A DNA stretch of 63,792 nucleotides, filler included, from Octopus bimaculoides (GCF_001194135.2; 6 parts of 6 records of this genome joined end to end with filler, not necessarily neighbours in it), one strand, 5' to 3'. Counted from the first letter of the whole stretch, positions 49,632-62,362 are shown. Program-made: numbers and translations. Notes: generated by a model not told the origin, from the sequence alone.

Positions 49632-52629
49632 TATGTATGTATGTATGTATGTATCTGTTTATGTATGTATAGTATACTTTAGCATGATCTACCGTGCTGG
49701 TTAGTGCACGTGTGTATGTGTTTGAATCATGTTAACACGTGCATTTTTTCCATATGCATATTAGTGTGCGTGCGTGTGTGTGTGAGAGAGAGAGAGAGAG
49801 AGTGTGTGTTTGTGTGTGTGTGTTTGTGTGTATGTGTGTGTGTGTGTGTGTGCGTGCGCACGAATGTTTACGATTGTGAGTTTGTCCTTGTATGAGGATG
49901 GATGTCCATATGTGCAAATGAGAAAAAGACGAAACATATAATTGCAGGAAAGCTGAGCGAGAAGAAAGGATAAAATGGCTGACGTTAATGGAAAGATCGA
50001 GTAACGTCGATATGTTGTTCAGTAGTCAATTTTGTAAAGCTGACTTCAGTACCACAGTTATTCATCAATAAGAGTTAATCCCACTACCTTAACACATGAA
50101 GCTATTAAGCTTGGTATTCGATCGTGCTTGTATTTATAGTCTTCAATTGTCGTCAACCTGACGTAGGCAATCCTGGCTGTTATTGTCATTACGATATACG
50201 TATTAACTTTTCTTTTTAAACTTTTGTTACTCATTGTTAAATATTTTTAACATCCAGTTCTATGATTTCAGTACAGTATTGACTTCTCTGATAAATACAG
50301 GAATTAAGATTTTGCGATGGCGTGGAAGTGAGATTTTAAAACATTCATAACTTTCTAAATAACAGTGACATGTGGCTTTAGCTGTGAACTGAAATTTGCA
50401 TTATTCTGGACTCGCTAAAATGTAAAATTTCTTACTCCATTATGCTCGTTTACGTATTTTTCATAGAATATTGGTAAAATCCCACCCTTTTATGAGATTA
50501 CGGGACATTCATGATAGAACTAAGAGTAACGAAAGTCTAGTGAATTCTCATCCTTGAAACAAATTAAGTGAAATCTCAACCACCTTATTTTCATGGATTT
50601 TTTTTTTTTATATTCATGAAACTGTAAATGAGTCGGTGTGACGTTCCTCGAATAATGCTTTCTCTTTTCGTAAAGAGACGCCATATTGGAAGTGTGAATT
50701 AAGTAAAATAGCTTCAATCCAAAATTGAAACCGCACCATGTCACTCAAGCATGCAATGTTTTTCTATCTTAACGCACCAAAACCTGCGATGTATTCCAAT
50801 AATTAGTTATCAGCTAAATTACTTGGACCTTTATATTCATAAACATCCATTAATGGGTAACAAGATTTACAGCTTTTAATGAACTGCAAAAATAGGATTT
50901 TGTAAGAGTTTGCATTTTCCGAAATTATTAGAAACCTAAATTCATTAAACTAATTGAAACCAAATCACGAGATTGGTTTGGTGAGAATTTCATGTTTCCG
51001 TACGACAATGTAGAAACTTCTATATCAGAAATATATTTACGCTGTAATAGTTCTCTCGATATTGATTCATCTATTGATTCAACTATTCATATTCTCATTT
51101 ATATACAAACGAACTGGAATAAATTCACTCATTCGCACATTAGCATACGTAACAGAAATTATTTTATGTATTCATGTATGCATTTATTCATATGTGTGAA
51201 TTAATTCAGTCATATACATGCATGGTCAAAAAATTGTTCAATATAAAAACACACACAATTTCACATATACGTACATGTCTACAAGTACACACATACATAA
51301 AAAGCCACAGCATGGTCGAATAGTTAAGAATTTGTCTTTGCATTCATGGAAGCTAGTGTTCGATCCCACAGAGCGACACCATAGTCTCTGCTAATAACCT
51401 CGACTCGAACCTAGTTTTGTCCTTGAAATTTGATTCCCAGACACAATATGGATGGACGATACCGGTAATTCAAATAACGAGTCTTGTCCCACTGCTCTGC
51501 ATTAAGGAAAAAAGTGTGTTGCCTGCACATTCACTAAACTTCGAGAAGAAGGTAATTCTGTTGATCAGTGAGAACATGTATCAACAATATCGACAGATGA
51601 TCCACTTACATTTTATTACATAGAGATATGTTGATTTCTCTTGACATTCTGCTTCAATGACTTTTAAGTTTGGTGTATTGGTCAGGGAATCAATAAACGT
51701 AAAGGTGCCGGCCATTGTACACTGACTAACATCGCAGACGCTAACAAAACAAGATTAGTGAGTGCAAACTAGTAAACTATCTAGCTATAGACTCTCACTT
51801 GTTATTCTCAGTCTAAAATGCAATGAACCAGTGATTGCCGTTGTAAAGCAGTATCCAGCATGTAGTTGGTGAGTTACGAATTGCGATATATAATTAAATA
51901 TATAAACTGATATTAATATAAAGGATTTCGTAGAAACTATAAAGTACTGGACTATATGCCTTATATTATTCCCGAGGTGTGTTTATATCCCACAATGGCT
52001 GACATTGTCTTGTATCTAAAAGCAGCTGACGATATCAGTTACATCATGACACCAATTCAAACAACTATACCAAATATATTTATAATATAATTACTTATAA
52101 TTATTTTATCATTTCTGCCTAAATAAATTATACAGTCGACCGATCTCGACCTAAGGAATCCGTCAAGCTAAGGGATAGTCATGGCAGTAGTGTCGGTTGC
52201 TGCGATGTTGTTATGATGATAATAGTAATTTGAGAGACAAAGGGGATGATGATGTTTGTTGTTATAATGGTTGTGTTGATTACAGGTGGGGGCCACCTTG
52301 CCGACTAAAATTTGAAATTTGTGCTGCATTCATGTTATCAAATTTGATAAGCGAGATTATGATAGAACTTTAACAATGAGAAATTACTAGAGATACTCTC
52401 ACGTTTTAGCTTAAATAAAATTGAAGTTTGATGAAATTAGTTAAAATTAATTCGCATTGACTTGATTTGATTTTTTACAGTACGTTTTCAAGTAGCTTGA
52501 AAAATTAGCTGATGTTCGAATTAAAAATGTAAGTTGTCGTGTGTTAATAGAATAACTGCATACGTTTATCCCAAAATTTCATAGCAAAGATGAATAATTC
52601 ATGTTTTCCATGGTGGTTTTGGTGCCTCT

Positions 52630-52846
52630 TTTCTTCTCTACTCTAGGCACAAGGCCTGAAATTTTGGAGGAGGGTACCAGTCGATAAGATCGACTCCACT
52701 ACGCAACTGGTACTTAATTTATCGACCCCGAAAGGATGAAAAGCAAAGTCGACCTCAGCGGAATTTGAACTCAGAACGTAAAGACAGACGAAATACCGCT
52801 GGGCATTTCGCCCGGCGTGCCAACGTTTCTGCCAGCTGACCGCCTT
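52630..52846 (-). mobile_element. SINE family B, full length with a 20-bp TSD
   Basis: Flanked by ATGGTGGTTTTGGTGCCTCT (52610-52629) and ATGATGGTTTTGGTGCCTCT (52847-52866). Confidence 0.92.
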
Positions 52847-53656
52847 ATGATGGTTTTGGTGCCTCTGGTGACGTAAAGAACACGACGGCGCAATTTTTTT
52901 TTCTCTCTATTAACAAAACTTATATATTTAAAAGTTTGTCTGGTTTAACGCATGTTGAAATTGAATTTCGATGTCCACTTCGTAAATATCAACTTTCACA
53001 AAGTGTCTTTTACATTTTATAAGAGACGTGTGTTTATTTAGTAATGGTAGCGGTGGTGGAAACCGCAGCGACATTGTTCTTTGCTTCGTACGTACATGAG
53101 AGCATGCTATTCATTATCATGATTTTATAGCGAAGATAATTTAATTTATGTTTCTCGTCGAAATTCCACGGGTCCATAGCCATCTACAAGTATGTAACCT
53201 TGTACCAACGTAACAAATCAATATATGAAATAAAAACGGTAGAACACATTACAAAATACTTTACAGCATTTTGTCTTGTCTTCCGACGTTTCATTTTCTC
53301 TTTTTTTTTTTTTTTGTTATCTTCTCGCATTTGATGAAATACGTTACAACACCTAAATCGATGCAACCAAATTTACTCTCCCGTTATAAAATCAGTCTTT
53401 TGCCGGGATATGAGTCTTTGCATCCGAAAAGTGTCAACCAATTCAACCGACAATCTAAAACAATGCTGAGGTCCGGAATAAATAACCTAACTTTGAGTCA
53501 CTCAATATTCTTTGTTCAAAATCCGTTAGAGATAATTTGCTTAACATGTCTACGGAGTCTATAAAATAACTACAAGTAGCACACTGGACTTGCTTCGCTA
53601 GATTATAGCCCACTCTTCCACAAATACTGGCTCACCTTGTACTAATGAAAGATATT

Positions 53657-53870
53657 CTTCTCTACTCTAGGCACAAGACCCGAAACTTTTGGGGAAGGGG
53701 ACCAGTCGATTAGATCGACCTCACTACGCAACTGGTACTTAATTTATGGACCCCGAAAGGATGAAAGGCAAAGTCGACCACGGCGAAATTTGAACTAAGA
53801 TCGTAAAGACAGACGAAATACCGCTGAGCATTTCGCCCGGCGTGCTAACCACTCTGCCAGCTCGCTGCCT
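53657..53870 (-). mobile_element. SINE family B, full length with a 17-bp TSD
   Basis: Flanked by TACTAATGAAAGATATT (53640-53656) and TACTAATAAAAGACATT (53871-53887). Confidence 0.9.
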
Positions 53871-54119
53871 TACTAATAAAAGACATTATAAGTTCTGTGA
53901 GGTCCGGAAAATGGATATAAGCTCATAGCAAACGGATTAGAAACGGCCAAACTGAATTGAATGGAATAATTAGAATAATTACTGTCCAAACAGGCCAAGA
54001 AATCACTTAATAGGCACTTGTGCGAATAGTTATTTAGAATCACTAACAGAATATTATTCGTTTCACAAAGCTGGGAACCAATTTGTTCGAAAATGAGTTA
54101 AAGTCAACTGATAAATAAA

Positions 54120-54312
54120 TATCCTTTTCTACTCTAGGCACATGGCCGGAAATTTTGGGGGAGGGGTCAGTCGATTAATTAATTTATCGACTCTGATAGG
54201 ATGAAAGGCAAAATCGACCTCGGCGGAATTTGAACTCAGAACGTAACGGCAGGCGAAATACCACTAAGTATTTCGCCCGGCGTGCTAACGTTTCTGCCAG
54301 CTCGCCGCCTTT
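54120..54312 (-). mobile_element. SINE family B with a small internal deletion
   Basis: Same blocks as the other copies, lacking the GATCGACTCCAGTA segment. Confidence 0.85.
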
Positions 54313-55879
54313 GAGGATATAAATATTATAAGATATTTTAATGTGGCCATCTATTATTTTCCCAACTCACCGCTCTCTACATCAAACAGAATAATTTATG
54401 TAAATAAGAACATATCATCACAGCCGAGGGCATTACATGTAGCAAAGATTTCGCTATAAACATCTGTAATAGTGATTTTTATATTTGAATAATCTTTACT
54501 TTAGTAATTACTATAAGGTATCTGAGAAAATGAGATCAGTTTCCTTTGCCTTGAAAGAAACTAACCGCGTTTGTTCTCTTTGTATAATTATTGGGGTGAC
54601 GTAAGAAGGAAGTTGGACTTTATGAGACGTTAAGATTTCGAATGGAAACAGGTTCACTGAAGAAACAAGAGATGTGCATGTCTACATCGTATTTTATTCA
54701 TTTCTCTCCAAGATACCAATTTGTCTTTTGGACATTTCCCAAATGCTTGTGGCCATCTCACCATCTCCTTATCACACTCTCTCTCATAATATTTAAGGAA
54801 AGGTGGGTTTGGAGATTCATTAGGACGTCAGAAAAAATACATTGTAGCCCTTAATGTTCTGAATTCGAATCCCACCGTGGACAACTTTGCCTGTCGTCCT
54901 TCCAGGATCGATAAAATAAAGTATTAGTCAAGTCGGTATAATCAACCGTGTTCTCACACCAAAGTTTCCTGCTTTGTGTCTAAGAAAGAATCATCCTTAC
55001 TGAGGTGGTGACGATGGTAGAGAGGTGAAAATAGTAAAGTGCTTCTGAATCCTTAAGTTGTCGGGTTCGAATCCCACGTAAGTCGACTATATCTTTCATT
55101 TAGGCAGAACTGATGAAATAATTACAAGTAACTAAATCCGGTTTTCTACTTCTTCTCAATACATTTATGGCTTTCTTCAGGTCTAAAACATCGATATTCA
55201 TTGAGGCAATTCAGTTGCAGAAATGGTACGTTGTCTGGCTAAATGTATTTATTTTCTTTTTAGACACACCTCAAATCTCGCCGAGATCCTCTTTAATGTT
55301 CATGTCTCCGGATCGAAAAACATAAATACTAATTATTGTTGTAGTTCAGTGCCAGTTCAGCCCTGATTTTGCATATATGTGATGAAAAGCGTTCCAGACG
55401 TGACCTACTCGTTTTTTTTTCTTTCTAAAGTATATTATCCAGTGTAGTTTTAGATAACATCTTTATGAAAGCAGTAGAGTGTGATCTAAGAGGAATTTAG
55501 TTGCTATCTTTAGCAGATCGAGCGACTACGTTAAGAGTCCCATACTGAATGAAATACTAGAAGAATAAATTGGGGTCAATCCAATCACTTAAATTCTTTC
55601 ACATTCAAAGTTGACCTGGCACTTAGAAGAAATACAGTACGATCTATCTATTCCTAATCCAGTGATTTTCAAAGTCGTGGAGGAAGCAAGGCTGTTGTCG
55701 GATGTTATCAAGTCCTCCTCTATTCAGTGTAGATTTAACATGAGATATCTAGGCTGTATGTTGACGGTACTTCAGAGATAGCGAGAGAAGCATGAAGGGT
55801 GGACTCATCTGCGTAAGCTGAACATTGTTGAAGGTGACGGTAAGTAGGTTATCTAAAAGGTAGAGGAAAAGGCTTTAGG

Positions 55880-56780
55880 GTATGTTAAGATTTAATGTTT
55901 TTGGAGATTTGAAACTTTAAGCTATTGCTTGTTATCATCCTAATACTACAAGAGTAAAAGAAAGCGTCTCCAAATCTAGTGTTCCTGTTACATGGAAATA
56001 TAACAGAACAGCTTGTGATAGATACAGAATTTGCTTCCTGGATGTTTTGTTAAGCATTTCTGTCTTGCTGTCAATTACAAAGAGGAACATTTTTCGAACA
56101 CCATTCATTGTCATCGTTCTAATCTTCATCCACTCCAAACATACATATCTGTTTAGTAGTTTTGTATTTCACCAAACTACTATTACATCCCAAGAATCAA
56201 GAATTTATTACCGTTTCCAAGAAATATTATCTAAAAAGTAATCAGTTGATTATAAAGACTAAGGATAAACATCAGTCTGTCAAAGAATTCTGATAAAATA
56301 ATATTATGTAAGCCATAAAAAATATAGATGCCTAGCAAGATGTTAATCGTCTATCTCACCGTGGTCTGGAAAAACATTGCGTCCAAAGAGAGTTAGGGAA
56401 AACCACAAGGTAGAGGTTGAAACGGTCTCAATCAGCAATAGTTTTGTTCAAACGAGTGGGATTTGAAGAATCTGGTGCGAATGAACGAAACCTTCCACAC
56501 ATGTTTGACCTTAAAGAGTTAACAGAACTGCACTCTAGTTCAGCGAGTGAACAGGTGACTCCTCCACGACAGGTTTTAACAAGAGAGTTCTTATCTAAAA
56601 GCCCTGGTGAAATAACTCGTGTCTTAAAGTGACTGACAGAAAACGATCCGAATTTTGAGCGAAGCATAAACGTTAAAAGGTCTGTAAAAGTAGTGCTGAA
56701 TTATTAAAGATATGAATTCCAAGTTCATATGAAGAAGAAAAACTTGTCAACCTTTGATGCCTTTAGTTATAAAAATAAAA
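55880..56780 (+). pseudogene. Tigger/pogo-family transposase relic
   Basis: Frameshifted KLLLV.HP...SVPVTWKYNRTA (LPV.W..N.KAW), NQEFITVSKKYYLK (DQG.I..FK.YY) and the C-terminal ENDPNFERSINVKRSV...MKKKNLSTFDAF (Tigger DPN.ERS...KK...T.D.F). Confidence 0.7.
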
Positions 56781-57157
56781 ACTTAACCACCAGGAGTATC
56801 ATATATATCTTTACAGGAATAAAAGACAGTGTGTATGATACTTTGATTAAATTACACATATTTTTCTTCAAAGTTTTTTTCTATATATGTAGAAACAGTG
56901 TAAGGTTTATTGCATTTTAAATAAGTGCATATTTCTGTCAATAATTTAAAAAACTTTTCATATATAAAAATTACATTTCACCTTCCTCAAATAACGAAGC
57001 TTTGAATGGCGAATTAAAAAAAAAAAGGCAGGAGTTAAATTGGTTCCGGATTCAGTCCCACTGTGTAGCACTTTGGACAAGTGTCTTCTACTATAGTCTC
57101 GGGCCGACCAAATCCTTGTGAGTGGATTTAGTAGACGGAAAATGAAAGAAGCTCGTC

Positions 57158-57189
<32 letters not shown>

Positions 57190-57289
57190 NNNNNNNNNNN
57201 NNNNNNNNNNNNNNNNNNNNNNNNNNNNNNNNNTTAATTAATTAANNNNNNNNNNNNNNNNNNNNNNNNNNNNNNNNNNNNNNNNNNNN

Positions 57290-57632
57290 TTGAGCGTAGC
57301 TGTTGCCAGTACCGCCTGACTGGCCTTCGTAGGATTTTCGAGCAAGATCGTTGCCAGTGCCCCTGGACTGTCTCCTGTGCGGGTGGCACATAAAATACAC
57401 CATTTTGAGCGTGGCCGTTGCCAGTACCACCTGACTGGCCTTCGTGCGGGTGACACGTAAAAGCACCCACTGCACTCTCTGAGTGGTTGGCGTTAGGAAG
57501 GGCATCCAGCTGTAGAAACTCTGCCAAATCAGATTGGAGGCTGGTGTTGCCATCCGGTTTCACCAGTCCTCAGTCAAATCGTCCAACCCATGCTAGCATG
57601 GAAAGCGGACGTTAAACGATGATGATGATGAT
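57290..57632 (+). mobile_element. SINE-like family E with (GAT)n tail and tandem 5' modules (reverse, CpG-decayed copy at about 57943-58160)
   Basis: GGCGTTAGGAAGGGCATCCAGC block, ending CCCATGCTAGCATGGAAAGCGGACGTTAAACGATGATG. Confidence 0.75.
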
Positions 57633-57639
57633 GATAATC

Positions 57640-57930
57640 GACCTCAGTACATTTTTTTTATGCCTGATACTTATACGATCGGTCTCTTTTTACCAAATTT
57701 CAAAATTATGGGGATGCAAATCAACCAACACCAATTATCAGGCAGTGGTAAAGAACAAACACACACACATACACACATATATATTCACATATTTCAAGTT
57801 TCTTTCAGTTTCCCTCTACCAAATCTGCTCATAAGGCTTTGGTCAGTCTGTGCCTAATAGCAGAAGAGACTTACCTGAAGTGCCATACAGTGGGAGATTG
57901 AACCTGGAACCATGTTTTTACCACGCAGCC
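57640..57930 (-). mobile_element. SINE family A, CpG-decayed
   Basis: Collinear with 30810-31125 but with many CpG to TpG/CpA changes. Confidence 0.75.
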
Positions 57931-58746
57931 ATGATTGCACTTCATCATCATCATCATTCAGTATCGTTTGTCCATGCTGGCATGGGTTAGATGGTTTGAC
58001 CAGGGCTGGTAAGCTAAGGGGCTGCACCAAACTCCAGTCTGATTTGGCATGATTTCTACAGCTGGAGGCCCTTCTTAATGCCAACCACTCTGAGAATATC
58101 ATGAGTGCCTTTACGTGTCACTGGCATGGGTGCCAGTTGTGTGACACTAGTATCTGCCATGACTATGATTTCAAAAACAAAAAATAAAAATCATAGATCT
58201 ACTTAATCAAGGGTGACCTGGGCCTAAACAGCAATAAACACTCCAAATATTAATGATCTCTTTACATACCACAACCATAATTACATGCTGATAAACATAG
58301 TTGCACTAATTCTGTGGATTTGAGCCACACTGATGCTGCATGCATTTATTCTCCCGTACAAACATCCCCCCCCCCATCTTTCTCTCTTCCCTTGACGGTG
58401 GTGGTTGTTGTGTTAGTTTTAAGTCACCCCTGACGAAGCTGATCCGTGATCAAAGGCATTCCAGCCATGACAGTCAGGTCTTCATTCGGATGCAATGTAT
58501 CTTGGACTATATTAAAGAAGATGGTAAGGTGTGATATGAATGAGATGTGGCTGCTATTTCTACAAGGTCAAGCAGCTGTGTAGCAGGCCCTTAGCTGAGT
58601 TACTCTGTTTTCGGTCAATGCCAATGCTATATGTCTTCATTGATTATTTTGTCTCCATGAACATCCTCATATTTTAGTATTTGATTAGAAAGTATCTGAT
58701 GACCATCACCATATTGGTTTGTATTATACTCTTATTCTTCAAATAG

Positions 58747-58800
58747 ATGGCACTGAAAACAGCAGAAAGTGAATCAAAAATGATAATGCTTGAAACACAG
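58747..58800 (+). CDS. TXLN: Taxilin-family protein, probable internal coding exon (54 nt, phase 0-0): MALKTAESESKMIMLETQ
   Basis: Acceptor TTCTTCAAATAG| and donor |GTTAGT. The helical peptide ends in Q and joins the next exon in frame, as expected just before the taxilin motif. Confidence 0.65.
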
Positions 58801-59763
58801 GTTAGTATAAACGTTCATATTTTCCCTATTGGTTGCCAAACCTGAATTTTCATTCATTAGTTACAGTTTTAATATCTGTCTTTGGTAATTGTTTATAAGA
58901 TTTAAGGTATTTTGTATATTCTCTCTATGTTTTGGTATTAAAATTAAGAAGGATTAAGATAACATACTTTGCTAAATTTTTCAAGGGCAAGAGATCATTA
59001 GTATGTGGTGTATGAAAACAGATCTCTTGTAGATCTTATTATACAGAAACTGTATTAAAGGTTGTTGATAAGAAAATTCCATGTGATAAAGGTAGTGGTT
59101 ATTCAGTTATATTAATCAACTTTTAGAGGTGTCATTATTTAGCCATGATTAAGTAGATCTAAACTGTCTAATCTTTGGAATATATGTTCCCTTCACATTC
59201 ATGGCAGTGTTTCTAACCTTGAACATGACCTTGTGCCCAACTGGCTTCGTTTTGTTAAAAACTGCATCTCTTAGATAATATGAATAATAAAGAATATACT
59301 GTTTAACAATATGCAAAAATAAGCTTTAAACTAGCAATAATATGTTATTGATGTTAATATGTCATGTTAATACCATCACACTTATAAAGTTATATGTATG
59401 TTGTTGCAGTTTTTGTTTAACCCTAGGTCATTGCTGACTGAATAGACCTTTAATTAGAGGGATTCCAACTATGACCATCCTATCATTTTATGAATATCTA
59501 AAACTACATTATATAATGTGACCTTCCTTTTTAAGATGAGTTGTTTTTATAAAGATAGATTACAGATTAAAGGTAAAAGATTTATTACATTGAGTGTAAA
59601 GAAGACACATTGGAAGTGGATGTTAAATGCAAAAATGAACAGTTAAATGTACATTGGATCTAGGAAGATTATTTTGACCAGAAATACAGTAAGATTATTA
59701 TACATGATAATCAAACTCACAAATTAAAATATTTTTTAATATTAAGAATGATTTCTTCTGCAG

Positions 59764-59856
59764 GTAAAGACATACAAAGACCGTTACAGTGAATTCCAGT
59801 CAACTATTACGAAAAGTAATGATATGTTTAGTAAATTAAAAGGTGAAATGGATAAG
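59764..59856 (+). CDS. TXLN: Taxilin-family protein, internal coding exon (93 nt, phase 0-0): VKTYKDRYSEFQSTITKSNDMFSKLKGEMDK
   Basis: Acceptor TTCTTCTGCAG| and donor |GTATGG. Aligns without gaps, 12/31 identical, to the alpha-taxilin segment recalled as [31 protein letters not shown]. Confidence 0.88.
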
Positions 59857-60311
59857 GTATGGTTAATTTTTAATTGTGGTCTTTTTTGTTTATGATTATG
59901 ATGATGATCAGTGTATTCTTATATGTAATTCATTACATTGTTAATGGTATATTTATTACATATTAATCATAAATATTTACATTCTTTAGTATTATCGGCA
60001 TAAAGTTTATTTTGATTTTGCATGTTTTCACTATGTTAATTGCATGAGGTTAAAATTCTGAAGGTTTTATTTCTGCTATTGTAAACTTCAGTTTGAAAGG
60101 TAAGTTATACACATGTTCTGAAATAAAGAGGGAGAAAGGAGGACAAATGAAGTAGTTAATTTCATTGTCTGGAAAAGTTAGAACTAGTAACTTATTAATT
60201 CAATTTTTTTGTGATAAATTTTCATTGATAAAAAATAAGTAATCCTTAAATTTCTAAATACAAATAGAAATGAAAAAAAAATGAAATCTCAGTATTATGC
60301 AAATTTTTTAA

Positions 60312-60530
60312 AGCAACTCGCTGGCAGAATCATTAGCACACCAGGCAAAATGCTTAATGGTGTTTTGTCCATCTTTACATTCTGAGTTCAAATTTTGCCT
60401 AGGTCGACTTTACCTTTTATTCTTCCAGGGTCAATAAAATAAGTGCCAGTCGAACATTGAGGTTGATATAACTGACTTAGCCCCTCCCCTGAAATTGCTG
60501 GTCCTTTGCCAAAATTTGTAACCAGTGTTA
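60312..60530 (+). mobile_element. SINE family B, strongly CpG-decayed, in the taxilin intron
   Basis: Collinear with 22619-22830; about a dozen CpG positions have changed to TpG/CpA. Confidence 0.8.
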
Positions 60531-61439
60531 TGCTATTTTGACTCGTACCATTATATTTGAAATTCTAAAGTTATTGTTTCACTTGTAGCAATTTATTTCC
60601 TTTGTATTCCCTCTTGACAGTTGTTTCGTCTTCTGTTGTGGCTGGCACACTTCTCATGTTATTTTTTATTATCTTAAAATTAATTCTGTTATCTTAATGT
60701 GTCACTAAATCTATCCTATTATATCTTCATAGGTTACTGTGAAAGTGCAGAAATTTTCACTGTTTTTTGCTGTTTCTTTAAGCCCTAACATTTATTTTTC
60801 TCATGTAATCCCAAATGCCTGAACAAAAGAATGAACTTTCTACCCTCTTCTCATTTTTAAGGCATTTTCCTGTGGATAAATACTTTTATCGAGGTTTCTG
60901 TAGGAGTTTCATTAGTAAGCATTTGACCAATCCTGCTCATATGCTTGTTTTCTAGAGAATATGATAATTTTTTTTATACACAATCTGAAACTTTTTGAAA
61001 ATTGCAGCAAATAACAGTTAACCAGTGAATAAAGTTAAAAAAAAAAAAAAAAATAAAGATTCCATTAAATGGAATCAGTCTGACAAAAACTTAACTAATT
61101 TTTCTTAGGTTTAGAAAATATACATTTTTAGCTATGTGGTACAGTTTAAATCAATCAGTACATAAGTTTACTTGGCTAATGCTACAACCAGTAATTGACT
61201 CACATTGTTTAACCTGTTTTGAACCATATTTTGTAGGTTCTTTTCCATGTTTCTTGGTCAGTGGTGTGTTTTCACCACTGGGAATACAACTTACACATTT
61301 TTTTTGTCTGGATGTATAATTTCAGAGAAACTAATAAGTCAGCTTCATCCAGAAATGTTTCTTGCTCTCACACATCATCATATATACATTAACAGTACAT
61401 CCATTTAATTAACTACAATACATTAAATTAAAAAGTAGA

Positions 61440-61805
61440 ATGCTCGAGGTATTTCGTGTTGCAAGACAGTGTAGGAGAGAGAATAGTGATGTTGTAGGAG
61501 AGAAATGTGTTCGCATGGATGATGGTACGCTTGCACTAAATGAGGATGCAAAGAAAGAGGTCTGGAGATGCCACTACGATAGATTGCTTAATAAAGAGAA
61601 TGAATGGGAGAAAGAGAGCCTGCCGTATGTCGACCCAATAGAGGGACCAGCTATCCGAGTTGATAGTACCAGGGTAGATAAAGCAATTAAGAGTATGAAG
61701 ACCAGGAAAGCCCCCGGCCCATCAGGAATCACTGCAGAGATGCTCAAAATATCTGGCAGTGTTGGCTATAGCCTAGTCACCCGTATTACGAACCAGGTGA
61801 TACAC
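61440..61805 (+). pseudogene. RTE-clade LINE ORF fragment (between endonuclease and RT), cut off by a gap
   Basis: AKKEVWRCHYDRLLN...VDKAIKSMKTRKAPGPSGITAEMLK matches the W..HF..LLN...AI..MK..KAPG..GI.AEMLK pattern of RTE-type ORF2. Confidence 0.8.
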
Positions 61806-61905
61806 NNNNNNNNNNNNNNNNNNNNNNNNNNNNNNNNNNNNNNNNNNNNTTAATTAATTAANNNNNNNNNNNNNNNNNNNNNNNNNNNNNNNNNNNNNNN
61901 NNNNN

Positions 61906-61941
<36 letters not shown>

Positions 61942-62149
61942 GTATACATACATAGGTTATATACTCCCATATAAGGATACTCAGACACACCAACCGACAA
62001 AGACATACACACACTCACAAACACACACACACAAACACACATCATTTTCAAATCATATTGTTATTAAAAGTATATGCAACATCAGGCAAATGTGTTGAGC
62101 GTTTCTTTCGCCTGGTCACTCACTCGTGTATGTATGTGTGTGTGTGTGT

Positions 62150-62315
62150 GTGAATAGGGGTAGGCGTGTTACGAAGCTTGCTTCCCAACCACATGGTTCC
62201 AGGTTCAGTCCCACTGTGTGACACTGTGTCTTCTAGTATAACCTCAGGCCGACCAACGCCTTGTGAGTGGATTTGGTAGACGGAAACTGGAAGAAGCCGG
62301 TCATATATATATATA

Positions 62316-62362
<47 letters not shown>

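Noticed and set aside
55765-55845. Exon-like stretch ending GACG|GTAAGT
   Set aside because: It has no good acceptor, two of three frames are closed, and it lies at the edge of the Tigger relic.
58676-58700. CTGATGA just upstream of the taxilin exon as a hammerhead core
   Set aside because: No stem II followed by GAAA.
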